From NCBI GenBank assembly GCA_003161635.1, contig PMOA01000155.1, positions 23,768 through 87,767 of the forward strand: a stretch of 64,000 nucleotides of DNA, given 5' to 3'. The notes beneath the pieces are model-generated. The model was not told where the DNA came from and ran no database searches. It saw only the letters and a list, made by a program, of their open reading frames with translations. Positions 17,252 to 26,767 of this stretch are shown in pieces. Positions within the stretch are counted from its first letter, which is position 1. Every line of letters begins with the position of its first letter. The position numbers and the translations under genes are program-made. The DNA comes from Limisphaerales bacterium. GTDB lineage: Bacteria; Verrucomicrobiota; Verrucomicrobiia; Limisphaerales; UBA11358.

Positions 17252-19042
17252 ATGGACGCAGCACATATTCGCAATTTCAGCATCATTGCCCATATTGACC
17301 ATGGGAAGACGACGCTCTCGGACCGGCTCCTGCATCGCACCGGCACCATCGCCACCCGCGACATGGAGGCGCAATTGCTCGATTCCATGGACCTCGAAAA
17401 GGAACGCGGCATCACCATCAAGGCGCATCCGGTCACGATGCGTTACACGGCGCGCAACGGCGAGACTTACGAGCTGAACCTGATTGATACGCCGGGGCAC
17501 GTGGATTTTTCCTACGAAGTGTCGCGCAGCTTGAGCGCGTGCGAAGGAGCGTTGCTCATCGTGGACGCGGCGCAGGGCGTCGAGGCACAAACGGTCGCCA
17601 ACGTGCACCTGGCAATGAAGCAGAATCTCACCATCATCCCCATCATCAACAAGATTGATCTGCCGCATGCGAATGTCCCGGAAACCCGGCAACAGCTTGA
17701 AGACATTCTGGCAATTCCGGGTGACACGGCGATTCTGGCCAGCGCCAAAGAGGGGATTGGCATTGATGAAATTCTTGAGGCGATCATTGAGCGCATTCCG
17801 CCGCCGAAGCCGACCGGCGCACCGTCGGTGCAGGCGCTGGGCTTCGATTCCTATTTTGACACTTACAAGGGCGTCGTCACGCACGTGCGCGTATTCAACG
17901 GCGAGTTGAAGGCGGGAATGCATGTTAAGTTGCTGCACTCCGGCAAAAACGTGGAGATCAAGGAAGTCGGCAGTTTCAATCCCAAACCTTACGTCCGGGA
18001 AAAACTGGAAGTGGGCGAGACGGGTTATTTCACCGCGAACATCAAAAGCCCGAAGGAAGTGAAGATGGGCGACACGGTGACGGACGCGCGGAATCCTTCG
18101 CCGGTGCTGGCGGGGTTCAAGGAGATTCATCCGATGGTGTTCAGCGGGATTTATCCAATCAACACCGGCGATTACGAGCATCTCAAGGCGAACATGGGCA
18201 AGTTGCAGCTCAACGACTCGGCGTTTGTTTATCAGTCGGAAACGTCGGTCGCGCTCGGCTTCGGTTTTCGTTGCGGGTTTCTCGGTTTGTTGCATCTGGA
18301 AATTGTGCAGGAACGGTTGCGCCGCGAATACGGCATGGACATCATCGCGACGTATCCGAGCGTGGTGTATCGCGTGACGATGAGCGACGGCGTCGTGAAG
18401 CAAATTGACAACCCGGCGTTTTTGCCGGAACCGAATTACATCCAGAAAATCGAGGAGCCAATGGTCAAAGCCTTTGTGATTTGCCCGAACGAAAACATCG
18501 GCGACATGATGGCGTTGATTTCCGAGAAGCGCGGCGCGGTGGACCAGACGGAAACGCTGGACGCGCGGCGGGTCATGCTTACGAGCCTGTTGCCGTTGAA
18601 TGAGATTTTGATAGATTTCCATGACCGCATCAAAAGCATGACGCGCGGTTACGGTTCGATGGATTACGAACACGCCGATTATCAGGAGTCGGCGATGGTG
18701 AAGCTCGACCTGCTCGTGAACAACGAGTCGGTGGACGCGTTTTCGTGCATCGTGCATCGCGACAAGGCGGAGGGCAGGGGACGCGCGCTGGCGGCCAAGC
18801 TCAAGGAAGTCATCCCGCACCAGCAATATCAGGTCGCGATTCAGGCGGCCATCGGCGGAAAAATTGTCGCGCGCGAAACGGTCAGCGCCTTCCGCAAGGA
18901 TGTGACGGCGAAATGTTACGGCGGCGACATCACGCGCAAACGCAAACTTCTCGAAAAACAAAAGGAAGGCAAAAAACGCATGAAAGCGTTCGGCACGGTC
19001 AATATCCCGCAGGAAGCGTTTATCGAAGTGTTAAAAGCATGA
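17252..19042 (+). CDS. lepA: Elongation factor 4 (LepA)
   Basis: IRNFSIIAHIDHGKTTLSDR G1 motif and DTPGHVDF; full-length at 596 aa with the LepA C-terminal domain. Confidence 0.95.
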   Translation: MDAAHIRNFSIIAHIDHGKTTLSDRLLHRTGTIATRDMEAQLLDSMDLEKERGITIKAHPVTMRYTARNGETYELNLIDTPGHVDFSYEVSRSLSACEGALLIVDAAQGVEAQTVANVHLAMKQNLTIIPIINKIDLPHANVPETRQQLEDILAIPGDTAILASAKEGIGIDEILEAIIERIPPPKPTGAPSVQALGFDSYFDTYKGVVTHVRVFNGELKAGMHVKLLHSGKNVEIKEVGSFNPKPYVREKLEVGETGYFTANIKSPKEVKMGDTVTDARNPSPVLAGFKEIHPMVFSGIYPINTGDYEHLKANMGKLQLNDSAFVYQSETSVALGFGFRCGFLGLLHLEIVQERLRREYGMDIIATYPSVVYRVTMSDGVVKQIDNPAFLPEPNYIQKIEEPMVKAFVICPNENIGDMMALISEKRGAVDQTETLDARRVMLTSLLPLNEILIDFHDRIKSMTRGYGSMDYEHADYQESAMVKLDLLVNNESVDAFSCIVHRDKAEGRGRALAAKLKEVIPHQQYQVAIQAAIGGKIVARETVSAFRKDVTAKCYGGDITRKRKLLEKQKEGKKRMKAFGTVNIPQEAFIEVLKA

Positions 19043-19144
19043 AAACAAGCCGAGAGTCGAGCCGTCTTCGCTCCGCTTCGCCGCGCCAAGAGGTCGAAAG
19101 ACGAGGGCAGGGGAGAGGGGCGCATCTTGACACTGTCCTTAACT

Positions 19145-19241
19145 GGGGACTGGAAAGTCCCCAGAACCCGCAGGCTGGAAAGCCTGCGCTACGTAGCGCG
19201 GACATTCCTGTCCGCGGGTTCGGGCGACTTTCCAGTCGCCC
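19145..19241. repeat. Family A: four-hairpin near-palindromic element in the lepA-lepB spacer
   Basis: ggggac-tggaaa-gtcccc, gcaggc-tggaaa-gcctgc, ctacGTAGcgcggaca-ttcc-tgtccgcg, gggcgac-tttcca-gtcgccc. Flanked by the inverted pair cttgacactgtcctt / aagaacagtgtcgag. Confidence 0.85.
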
Positions 19242-19323
19242 GGTGCTCCCGGCCCAGACTTCCCGACCAAGAACAGTGTCGAGATGCACCCAGGGGATCG
19301 GCCTGCGGCCCAATTTGTTTTGA

Positions 19324-19353
19324 CTCTCAACTCTCAACTCTCAACCATCAACT
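19324..19353. repeat. Heptamer array (CTCTCAA)x3 + CCATCAACT, abutting the lepB start codon
   Basis: Read directly; it is the reverse complement of the TTGAGAG unit. Confidence 0.75.
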
Positions 19354-20601
19354 ATGATTTTCCGCTGGTTCTTTTCCTCAACCGTCCGCCAGGCATGCGC
19401 GGTGCGGAAGCACGTATACCATTTGCTGTGCGCGCAACGCGATGTCCTCACGCCACCGGCGATTGGCGGAGTGACCCTGGCGATGAATCAGTTGCAGGCG
19501 GCCATCGCGGAGGGAGCGAACATAGGGAAAATTCGGATCAAGATGGACGAGCTTGATTTCGCCGCGAACAAGTGGCTCAAGCCGTATCCAAACGCCCTGT
19601 GGCGCGAAAATGTCGAAGTCATTCTCGTGGCGGTGGCCGTGGCGATGGCCATTCGCACCTTCTTCGTGCAACCGTTCAAAATCCCGACCGGTTCGATGCA
19701 ACCGACGTTGTTCGGTGTCATCTCAAAAAATTATTTGTTGCACGACGGCCTGCGCAGCGAAGCGGATTTCAAAATCCCGACCGGCTGGGAACGGGTTCGA
19801 GAATGGTTTGAAGGAATTTCCTACGTTCACGTGGTTGCGCAAAGCGATGGCGCGATTGATTCCATCAGCCCGATGACGCACTTCCTTATTTTCAACATCA
19901 AGCAGACCCTTTGGATCGGCGGCCAGCCGCAAACGATCTGGTTTCCGCCGGATTACGGCGAACAAAGTCTGGCCGTGCGCGCGGGATGGGAGCCGGGACA
20001 TGTTTATCACAAAGGCGAGGACGTGGTGAAAATTCAAGTTGCTGCGGGCGATCATCTGTTTGTGGACCGGCTTAGTTATAATTTTCGCAAACCGCAACGC
20101 GGGGACATCATCGTTTTCGCAACGGCGGGAGTCCCGGAGGATCGCCGGGCGGCGGTCGGGATGCCGGGCGACCAGTTTTATATCAAACGCCTCGTGGGAC
20201 TGGGCGGCGAGACGCTCGCATTGGCCCCGGATTACGAAGTGACGGGGGCACCTCAATTCGGCGGCCAGGCCGTGCCGGTCGGACATCTCGTGGTGGATGG
20301 CCAGCCGCTGTCCGCGTCCACCCCGCATTTCGAAAATCTTTATTCATTTTCCGGTGTGCCGCTGGGAACCAAGACCCTTCAGTACCAGGATAACCGGTAT
20401 TATGGTCACGCGCTGATCAGAGCACTGGGACCGGGCCGCGAATTTCAGGTCTCAACCAATCATCTTTTCGTCATGGGAGACAATACGATGAACAGTCTGG
20501 ACTCGCGGTTTTGGGGCGATTTCCCGGCAGCGAGTTCCATCGGCAAATCCTTTTTTGTTTATTGGCCCATCACCAAACGGTTCGGTTGGGGAAATCAATA
20601 A
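19354..20601 (+). CDS. lepB: Signal peptidase I with a long N-terminal extension
   Basis: S26 boxes IPTGSMQPTL, GDHLFVDRLSY, YIKRLVGLGGE and GDNTMNSLDSRFWG. Confidence 0.85.
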   Translation: MIFRWFFSSTVRQACAVRKHVYHLLCAQRDVLTPPAIGGVTLAMNQLQAAIAEGANIGKIRIKMDELDFAANKWLKPYPNALWRENVEVILVAVAVAMAIRTFFVQPFKIPTGSMQPTLFGVISKNYLLHDGLRSEADFKIPTGWERVREWFEGISYVHVVAQSDGAIDSISPMTHFLIFNIKQTLWIGGQPQTIWFPPDYGEQSLAVRAGWEPGHVYHKGEDVVKIQVAAGDHLFVDRLSYNFRKPQRGDIIVFATAGVPEDRRAAVGMPGDQFYIKRLVGLGGETLALAPDYEVTGAPQFGGQAVPVGHLVVDGQPLSASTPHFENLYSFSGVPLGTKTLQYQDNRYYGHALIRALGPGREFQVSTNHLFVMGDNTMNSLDSRFWGDFPAASSIGKSFFVYWPITKRFGWGNQ

Positions 20602-20616
20602 CCCGCGCAAGGCAAA

Positions 20617-21414
20617 ATGAACGCCGCGAACAGCGAAACGGTTTTAATCACCGGGGCGTCGTCGGGAATCGGGCTGGAACTGGCGCGGTGCTTTGCGGCG
20701 GACGGATGCCGTCTGGTGTTGCTCGCCCGCAACACCGAAGCGTTGGAAACTCTGGCCAAAGAATTGCGTCAGGCGCACAAAATTGAAGCACTCGTTTTAA
20801 CCGCCGATCTTTCCCTGCCCGAAACTCCGGCGCACATCTTCAAGGAATTGCAGGGCAGGAGAATCATGGTGGACGTTTTGATCAACAACGCCGGATTTGG
20901 CGCGAACGGCACGTTTGCCGGGTTGCCGCTCCAGCGACACCTCGAAATGATCCAGGTCAACATAACCGCGCTCACGAACCTGACGGGGCTGTTTCTTCCG
21001 GGCATGATCGAACGCCGGCACGGCGGCGTGCTCAACGTCGGTTCACTGGCCGGATTCCTGCCCGGCCCCGGCATGGCGGTTTATTACGCAACCAAAGCCT
21101 TCGTGCTTTCATTCACCGAGGCGCTGGCGGAAGAACTCGCCGGCACCGGATTGACGGTGACGGCGCTTTGTCCCGGTCCAACCACAACCAATTTCGGCAA
21201 CGTCTCGCACGGTCAAAAAATGCGGCGGCTTGATACGCCCAAAATGCCGGCGGCAGCCGTTGCGCGCCACGGCCATCGTGCTTTTCGCAAGGGGAAATTG
21301 CTGGCCATTCCCGGCTGGCAATACCATTTTCTCGTTTTTCTGATTCGAATCATGCCACGTTGGTGCGTGCGTAAAATGGCCGGATTATTCAACCGCACAA
21401 AGGAACAGGTTTAA
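20617..21414 (+). CDS. Short-chain dehydrogenase/reductase (SDR)
   Basis: TGASSGIG cofactor motif, NNAG, and YxxxK (YYATKAF). Confidence 0.8.
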   Translation: MNAANSETVLITGASSGIGLELARCFAADGCRLVLLARNTEALETLAKELRQAHKIEALVLTADLSLPETPAHIFKELQGRRIMVDVLINNAGFGANGTFAGLPLQRHLEMIQVNITALTNLTGLFLPGMIERRHGGVLNVGSLAGFLPGPGMAVYYATKAFVLSFTEALAEELAGTGLTVTALCPGPTTTNFGNVSHGQKMRRLDTPKMPAAAVARHGHRAFRKGKLLAIPGWQYHFLVFLIRIMPRWCVRKMAGLFNRTKEQV

Positions 21415-21724
21415 AATTGGACTGATCGGTCAGGGAATTACTTTTGCAACACAGTGTTTGCTGTCCACCGCAAAAACGCTCACTTGCAGAAGTTTTGCCA
21501 GTATGGTCAAAATCTCGAAAAGAATCAGACCGCAATTTTGCGGCATAATGACAGGTTAGCCCTGTAGCGTAGGGCTGAAGGCCGGAGGCCGAGGGCGGTG
21601 GCACCTCTCCCGAGTCCACTGATTTAATTCTGAAATGAAACGCGCGAGGCGAACTGATCATGTAATCCCGACAAACATCATCGTGATATGCCAGCAAGCC
21701 ACCACAAGGGCAGAGTATGGCTGC

Positions 21725-21755
21725 TTAATTATCAACGACTTATACCGGTTTCAGC
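21725..21755 (+). repeat. ~35-nt imperfect direct repeat, copy 1 (ttaattatcaacgacttatacc..ggtttcagc)
   Basis: The partner at 21908..21946 is ttaattgataacgacttacacac..ggctttcagc. The two copies flank the family B element. Confidence 0.6.
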
Positions 21756-21781
21756 ATGTAATTGCACTATTTCGCATTTTT

Positions 21782-21843
21782 TGTAGCGGCGCTCTGTGAG
21801 TGCCGGTGGAATCAATGGCGACGGTCGCAGACCGCCGCTACAG
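21782..21843. repeat. Family B palindromic element, second copy
   Basis: tgtagcggcgctctgtgagtgccggtggaatcaatggcgacggtcgcagaccgccgctacag. The termini are identical to those of the copy at 9224. Confidence 0.85.
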
Positions 21844-21907
21844 TGCAAAAGCAAACTGTAAATGGTATTACACGCGTTATCGGTTGCCAGCCTCCAGTTA
21901 CTATCCA

Positions 21908-21946
21908 TTAATTGATAACGACTTACACACGTTTTCGGCTTTCAGC
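21908..21946 (+). repeat. ~35-nt imperfect direct repeat, copy 2
   Basis: See 21725..21755. Confidence 0.6.
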
Positions 21947-22168
21947 CCCGGCTACCAAGCCGGTTACCAGTAACCAAACGCACCTTTAAGTTTAACTATT
22001 AGTGGACACAAGAATAACAAACAGAACTTTATTATGTTGAATATCAGCGAGTTAAACTTGATTTAAATCAGTGCCCCGTTTTTAAATATAGTCGCACAAT
22101 GTTTGTTATATTTAATTCAGGTACAATCCTGTTGACGACGCGCCAACCATCCGCTTTATTAGCCAACG

Positions 22169-22549
22169 ATGAAAGTTCGTCTACCCATCATGTTTGTTCT
22201 GGGCAGCCTTGGCTTGGTGATGCCTGCCTTTGCAATGGATCGCTGGGAAGCGCTTTCCATGATTGAAAGCGGCAACAACGATCACGCCATCGGATTGGTT
22301 GGTGAAATTTCCCGCTTCCAAATCCGGCCCGAGCTTTGGCCGGGCGGAAATCCGCACAATCCGGAGCAGGCGCTGACCGCCGCACAAAAAACCATGATTC
22401 CGCGCCTGAATCAATTCGAACGCAGCCACAAGCGCCAGCCAACGGACTTTGAATTTTACGTCCTGTGGAACGCGCCGTGGGTGGTGGATCATCCGAGCGC
22501 CGTCGTCAAGGAACGCGCCCAGCGGTTCGTAAATCTTGTCCAGAGCTGA
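22169..22549 (+). CDS. Small secreted lytic-transglycosylase-like (SLT motif) protein
   Basis: Signal peptide, then IESGNNDHAIGLVGEISRFQI, which resembles the ES..GL.Q SLT catalytic motif. 126 aa. Its 3' end overlaps the convergent glgA by 44 nt. Confidence 0.45.
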   Translation: MKVRLPIMFVLGSLGLVMPAFAMDRWEALSMIESGNNDHAIGLVGEISRFQIRPELWPGGNPHNPEQALTAAQKTMIPRLNQFERSHKRQPTDFEFYVLWNAPWVVDHPSAVVKERAQRFVNLVQS

Positions 22550-23993
22550 TTTTTTCAGCCGTCTCGTAAATCTTCAGATACTCATCAACGGTTTGATTCC
22601 AGGAAAAATCCGTCTTCATGGCGTTTTGGCGATAACGCCGTAACAAACCGGATTGCTGGTAAAGCGCCAGGGCTTTCCGCATCGCCTTGGCCAGAGCACG
22701 GGCGGAGTATTCGCGGAATTTGATTCCGTTGGCGCGCGCCGCATCCTGCGAAAAATCAATCACGCTGTCATCCAGACCGCCAACGGCGCGGACGATGGGA
22801 ATCGTGCCGTAACGAAGGCTATACATCTGGTTCAGGCCACTCGGCTCGAAACGTGACGGCATGATGTAAAAATCGCACCCGGCTTCGATCCGGTGCGACA
22901 AGCCTTCGTCGTAGCCGATGTGAACGGCCGCTTGGGACGGAAAACGGCGGGACAGTTTGTGATAGCCGCGCTCAAAAGCCGGCGAGCCGCTGCCGAGCAA
23001 AACGAACTGGATGTCTGCGCTCAACATTTCTTCGAGCGCGCCCAATTGGATGTCCACGCCTTTTTGTTCGGCGAGCCGGGTGATGGTGCCGAACAGCGGT
23101 GCGTCCGCCGCTACCGGCAAACCCAGTTCCTTTTGCAACTCGATCTTGTTCTTCCGCTTGCCCGCCAGCCGCGTCGCGGAATAGGGATGTTTGAGAAACG
23201 GATCGTGCAGGGTGTTCCATTCCTCGTGATCCACGCCGTTGAGAATTCCGAAAAGCCGGTCCTGTCGCTGGCGCAAAAAACCGTCCAGGCCGCACCCGAA
23301 TTCCTCCGTCGTGATTTCGCGCGCGTAACGCGGACTCACCGTCGTAATCGCATCGGCAAACGCGATTCCGGCCTTGAGGCAATTCAATTGTTTGTAAAAC
23401 TCCGCGCCTTCAATGGTGAAAAATTCTTCCGGCAAATTTGTCAGCGCGAATGCGGCTGCCGGAAAAGTTCCCTGAAAAGCGAGATTGTGAATCGTCAGGC
23501 ACACCGGCGGCGGATTCCCCCACCCTTCCCCGCGCCGCTGGTGCAGCATCAATGCCGGCACCAGCCCGGCCTGCCAGTCGTTGACGTGAACGACGTCCGG
23601 CCGCCACGGCAGATAACGCGCCAGATTCGCGACGCACTTTGAAAAGAAAATGAATCGTTCGGCATTGTCCGGGTAACTGACGTGGTTCTCCAGGTAAATG
23701 CCGGCGCGTTGATAGAATTCCGGCTGGTCAACGAAATAAATCGTTGGTCCTTTTTCAACTTCCAGCGACCACAATTCCGCCTGCACCGGCTGCGCGCCCA
23801 ACGGCAAATTGAATTGCCAATCCACGCGGCGCAGGGCCGGGAATCGCTCGTGGATGCCCTGGTACAGCGGCGTGACGATGCACGCTTCATGGCCCGCGTG
23901 CGCCAGTGCCTTGCCCAGCGCGCCAACCATGTCCCCCAGCCCGCCGGTTTTGGAATACGGATGGACTTCGCTGCTGGCCAGAAGGATTTTCAT
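22506..23993 (-). CDS. glgA: Glycogen synthase (ADP-glucose type, GT5)
   Basis: MKILLASSEVHPYSKTGGLGDMVGAL N-terminus; 495 aa. Confidence 0.9.
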   Translation of the reverse strand: MKILLASSEVHPYSKTGGLGDMVGALGKALAHAGHEACIVTPLYQGIHERFPALRRVDWQFNLPLGAQPVQAELWSLEVEKGPTIYFVDQPEFYQRAGIYLENHVSYPDNAERFIFFSKCVANLARYLPWRPDVVHVNDWQAGLVPALMLHQRRGEGWGNPPPVCLTIHNLAFQGTFPAAAFALTNLPEEFFTIEGAEFYKQLNCLKAGIAFADAITTVSPRYAREITTEEFGCGLDGFLRQRQDRLFGILNGVDHEEWNTLHDPFLKHPYSATRLAGKRKNKIELQKELGLPVAADAPLFGTITRLAEQKGVDIQLGALEEMLSADIQFVLLGSGSPAFERGYHKLSRRFPSQAAVHIGYDEGLSHRIEAGCDFYIMPSRFEPSGLNQMYSLRYGTIPIVRAVGGLDDSVIDFSQDAARANGIKFREYSARALAKAMRKALALYQQSGLLRRYRQNAMKTDFSWNQTVDEYLKIYETAEKISSGQDLRTAGRVP

Positions 23994-24007
23994 TTCTGTA
24001 TGAACTT

Positions 24008-24092
24008 GCAGGAGTCGAGGTAACGAGACTCTAATTTTTGGTGCAAAAATTCTAGTGCAGAAAAAATGAGAATTCTCACGTCGTCTCCTACG
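24008..24092. repeat. Family J element (gcAGGAGTCGAGGTAACgAGACTC ... ACGTCGTCtCCTACG)
   Basis: The termini are inverted (gtaggagtcgaggt vs the reverse complement gtaggagacgacgt). It overlaps the serS stop. Confidence 0.75.
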
Positions 24093-25392
24093 TTGGAGTT
24101 ATGCGCTCCGTCTTCAGATACGGTTGCAGCGCTTTTGGAATCAGCACGCTGCCGTCCGCCTGCTGGTGCGTTTCAATCAGCGCGACAAACAATCGCGCCA
24201 GTGCCGTGCCGCTGCCATTGAGGATGTGCGGGAATTTATTTTCGCCCGCTTCCGTTTTAAACCGCAGATTCATCCGGCGCGCCTGGAAATCCTCGCAGTT
24301 CGAGCAGCTCGACACTTCGAGATAACTCCCCTGCCCCGGCGCCCACACCTCGATGTCGTAGGTCTTCGCGCTCGCAAAGCCCATGTCGCCCGTGCACAAC
24401 AACACCACGCGGTGATGCAGACCAAGCAATTGGAGCACGCGCTCCGCGTTCGTCACCATTTTCTCCAACTCATCGTAGCCGTGCTCCGGTTTCACAATCT
24501 TGATCAATTCAACCTTGTCGAACTGATGCACGCGAATCATGCCGCGCGTGCCGACGCCCGCCGCGCCCGCCTCGCCGCGAAAACACGGCGTGTAGGCGCA
24601 ATAATAAACTGGCAACTGGCTTTCCTTGAGAATTTCCTCGCGATGAATGTTTGCCACGGGCGTCTCGGCGGTCGGAACCAGATATAATTTCCCCAGCTTC
24701 TCTTTGTCGTCGCCTTCCGCCACGCCGTAATACTGGTCCTTGAATTTTGGAAATTGCCCGACGCCTTCGAGACATTGCGGCCCGACCACGAAGGGCGGCG
24801 ACACCTCCGTGTAACCGTGTTCGTGAGTGTGCAAATCAAGCAGCATTTGAATCAACGCCCGCTCCAGCCGCGCGCCCCAGTCCGTGTAGAGCAGGAAACC
24901 GCTGCCGGAAATTTTCGCCGCGCGTGCGAAATCCACCAGCTTGAGCGATTCGCAAAGTTCGACGTGAGACTTCGGTTTGAAGGCGAAAGCCGCCTTCTCA
25001 CCATGAACCCGCACCACCGGATTGTCCTCCACCGTTTTGCCGATCTTCACCGATTCATGCGGCAGATTCGGCAGACGCAGCATTAATTGATCTCGCGCCG
25101 CCTCGACTTCCAACGCCTGCTTGTCGAGCGCGGCGATGCGGTCGCCCAACTCGCGCATCTCCGCCTTCTTCGCCTCAGCCTCGGCGGTCTTCTTCTGGCC
25201 CATCAATGCACCGATTTCCTTCGATGCGCGGTTGCGTTGGGCCTTGAGCGTTTCGACCTCTGCGAGTGTTTTTCGTCGTATTTCGTCGGCCCGGAGAATT
25301 CCGTCAATGTGGGCTTCATCCCCTGCCCCGCGCGTGGCAAGGCGCGCGCGCGCAAAATCCGGCTTTTCACGAATCAATTTAATATCGAGCAC
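24088..25392 (-). CDS. serS: Seryl-tRNA synthetase
   Basis: ORF 24088..25452. The likely GTG start at 25392 (VLDIKLIREKPD) matches the SerS N-terminus. A coiled-coil arm and class II motifs (FRGEAG, GSGTALAR) are present. Confidence 0.9.
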   Translation of the reverse strand: MLDIKLIREKPDFARARLATRGAGDEAHIDGILRADEIRRKTLAEVETLKAQRNRASKEIGALMGQKKTAEAEAKKAEMRELGDRIAALDKQALEVEAARDQLMLRLPNLPHESVKIGKTVEDNPVVRVHGEKAAFAFKPKSHVELCESLKLVDFARAAKISGSGFLLYTDWGARLERALIQMLLDLHTHEHGYTEVSPPFVVGPQCLEGVGQFPKFKDQYYGVAEGDDKEKLGKLYLVPTAETPVANIHREEILKESQLPVYYCAYTPCFRGEAGAAGVGTRGMIRVHQFDKVELIKIVKPEHGYDELEKMVTNAERVLQLLGLHHRVVLLCTGDMGFASAKTYDIEVWAPGQGSYLEVSSCSNCEDFQARRMNLRFKTEAGENKFPHILNGSGTALARLFVALIETHQQADGSVLIPKALQPYLKTERITPT

Positions 25393-25524
25393 CGCGCAAT
25401 TATAGAAACTAAATCGCCAACGGCAAGGTGAAGTCCCGCAAAGGTGACGCATCCCCCGGGCGGAAAGGGAAAGTTATCAACCGAAATTTGTGTCCTTCGT
25501 GTCTTTGTGGTTAATTTCCTGGCG

Positions 25525-25866
25525 GTGAAACTGCCGGACAAACCAAATCACCTGTTCCGCGTGCCGCAATTGACGCGTGTCCGCATCGTCATCGCACTGG
25601 CCATCGCCGTGTTCGCGGACGGATTGCAATTTCTCCTCGGCCCATTCGGCTGGGCGTTCGTTGACCAGGCCATTGATGTGCTGGCGATGGGGTTGACGAG
25701 TTGGGCTGTCGGTTTTCATTGGCTGTTCCTGCCCACGTTCATCGTCGAATTCATTCCGTTGACAGACATGTTGCCGACGTGGACGGCCTGCACGATTGCG
25801 GTGATGGCGTTGCGCAAGCGCGAACAGCGCGCCATTCCGCCGCCCCAGCCGACCGTTGAAATCTGA
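25525..25866 (+). CDS. Small polytopic membrane protein, hypothetical
   Basis: ORF 25444..25866. The 5' part overlaps the serS start and a repeat, so a GTG at 25525 is proposed. Three hydrophobic helices. Confidence 0.35.
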   Translation: MKLPDKPNHLFRVPQLTRVRIVIALAIAVFADGLQFLLGPFGWAFVDQAIDVLAMGLTSWAVGFHWLFLPTFIVEFIPLTDMLPTWTACTIAVMALRKREQRAIPPPQPTVEI

Positions 25867-25910
25867 GATAATGTCCTAATTCAAATGTGAAGAATGCACC
25901 CGCCGCAAAT

Positions 25911-26038
25911 GGATCGCGGCTGTGTCCAATGGACCAGCCGCAGCAGGTGCGCAAACAAACGCACGCAGGAATGGGTCCAAAGTCCCCCGACATTTGGACG
26001 TGCTGCGGCTGGTGCTCCGCATACACAGCCGCGCTCCA
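25911..26038. repeat. Family C structured element (two conserved long-range stems, variable apex)
   Basis: cgcggctgtgt pairs with acacagccgcg, and accagccgcagca pairs with tgctgcggctggt. The apex is ~55 nt and differs from the other copy. Confidence 0.8.
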
Positions 26039-26096
26039 ATTTAGGACCCCACCAAATCTGATTGAAAATCGCGGCTGTTCACGGCACATTGGCGTC

Positions 26097-26651
26097 ATGC
26101 AATCAGTTTTTACCGGGCCGGTTTATGTGGTGCGCGACAACATTGACACCGACCAGATCATCCCCGCGCAGTATTTGACGCTGGTGCCGACGATGCCCGA
26201 CGAATACGAAAAGCTCGGCAGCCTCGCACTTTGCGGCCTGCCCGAATCGCTCTACCCGGCGCGCTACGTCAAGGATGGCCAGCTTGACAGCAAATATCCG
26301 ATTGTCGTGGCTGGAAAAAATTTCGGCTGCGGCAGTTCGCGCGAGCACGCGCCGATTGCGATGGGTTCGGCGGGTTGCAAAATCGTTTTGGCCGAGAGTT
26401 TCGCGCGCATTTTCTTCCGCAACTCCGTCGCCACCGGCGAACTTTATCCCTGCGAAATCACCGAACGCCTTTGCGATACGCTGAAAAATGGCGATGTGGT
26501 CACCGTTGATCTCGATGCGGCCACGGTCACCGTCAAGGCGACCGGCAAGGTTTTCAAATTCAAACCCCTCGGCGACGTCCGCCCGGTCGTGGACGCCGGC
26601 GGCTTGTTCAATTACGCGCGCAAGAGCGGCATGATTGCGGCACAGAAATGA
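26097..26651 (+). CDS. leuD: 3-isopropylmalate dehydratase small subunit (LeuD-type aconitase swivel domain), no adjacent large subunit
   Basis: ORF 25887..26651. The upstream 70 codons lie in repeat family C, so the start is placed at [12 protein letters not shown] (26097). [14 protein letters not shown] motif. Confidence 0.8.
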   Translation: MQSVFTGPVYVVRDNIDTDQIIPAQYLTLVPTMPDEYEKLGSLALCGLPESLYPARYVKDGQLDSKYPIVVAGKNFGCGSSREHAPIAMGSAGCKIVLAESFARIFFRNSVATGELYPCEITERLCDTLKNGDVVTVDLDAATVTVKATGKVFKFKPLGDVRPVVDAGGLFNYARKSGMIAAQK

Positions 26652-26725
26652 GCCAATCGAATGTTCAGTCCCGCTTTGCGGGATTGGATGTTCGATGTCT
26701 CGTTTGTTTCCGACAAACAAACATC

Positions 26726-26767
26726 GAACACTGAACATTGAACTCTGAACATCGAACCTTGAATCTG
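26726..26767. repeat. Degenerate heptamer array GAACACT GAACATT GAACTCT GAACATC GAACCTT GAATCTG, right arm of a long imperfect palindrome (26655..26767)
   Basis: The left side contains gaatgttcag, a small hairpin gtcccgctttgcgggat, and gatgttcgatgt..acatcgaacac. Confidence 0.7.

Noticed and set aside
17126-18961. 611-aa ORF on the minus strand opposite lepA
   Set aside because: It is antisense to an unmistakable, full-length EF4 gene. Its composition is Arg/His/Ala-rich and low-complexity, typical of shadow ORFs in high-GC DNA, and it has no recognisable motifs.
19145-19162. GGAAAGTCC-like word suggesting an RNase P RNA P4 segment
   Set aside because: It is simply the loop and stem of a family A hairpin (ggggac-tggaaa-gtcccc). 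No other RNase P conserved regions are present.
22506-22549. 44-nt convergent overlap of the SLT-like ORF with glgA as evidence that one of them is spurious
   Set aside because: glgA is unambiguous. The small ORF has a signal peptide and an SLT-like motif. The overlap involves only the poorly conserved C-terminal tails, so both calls are kept, the small one at low confidence.
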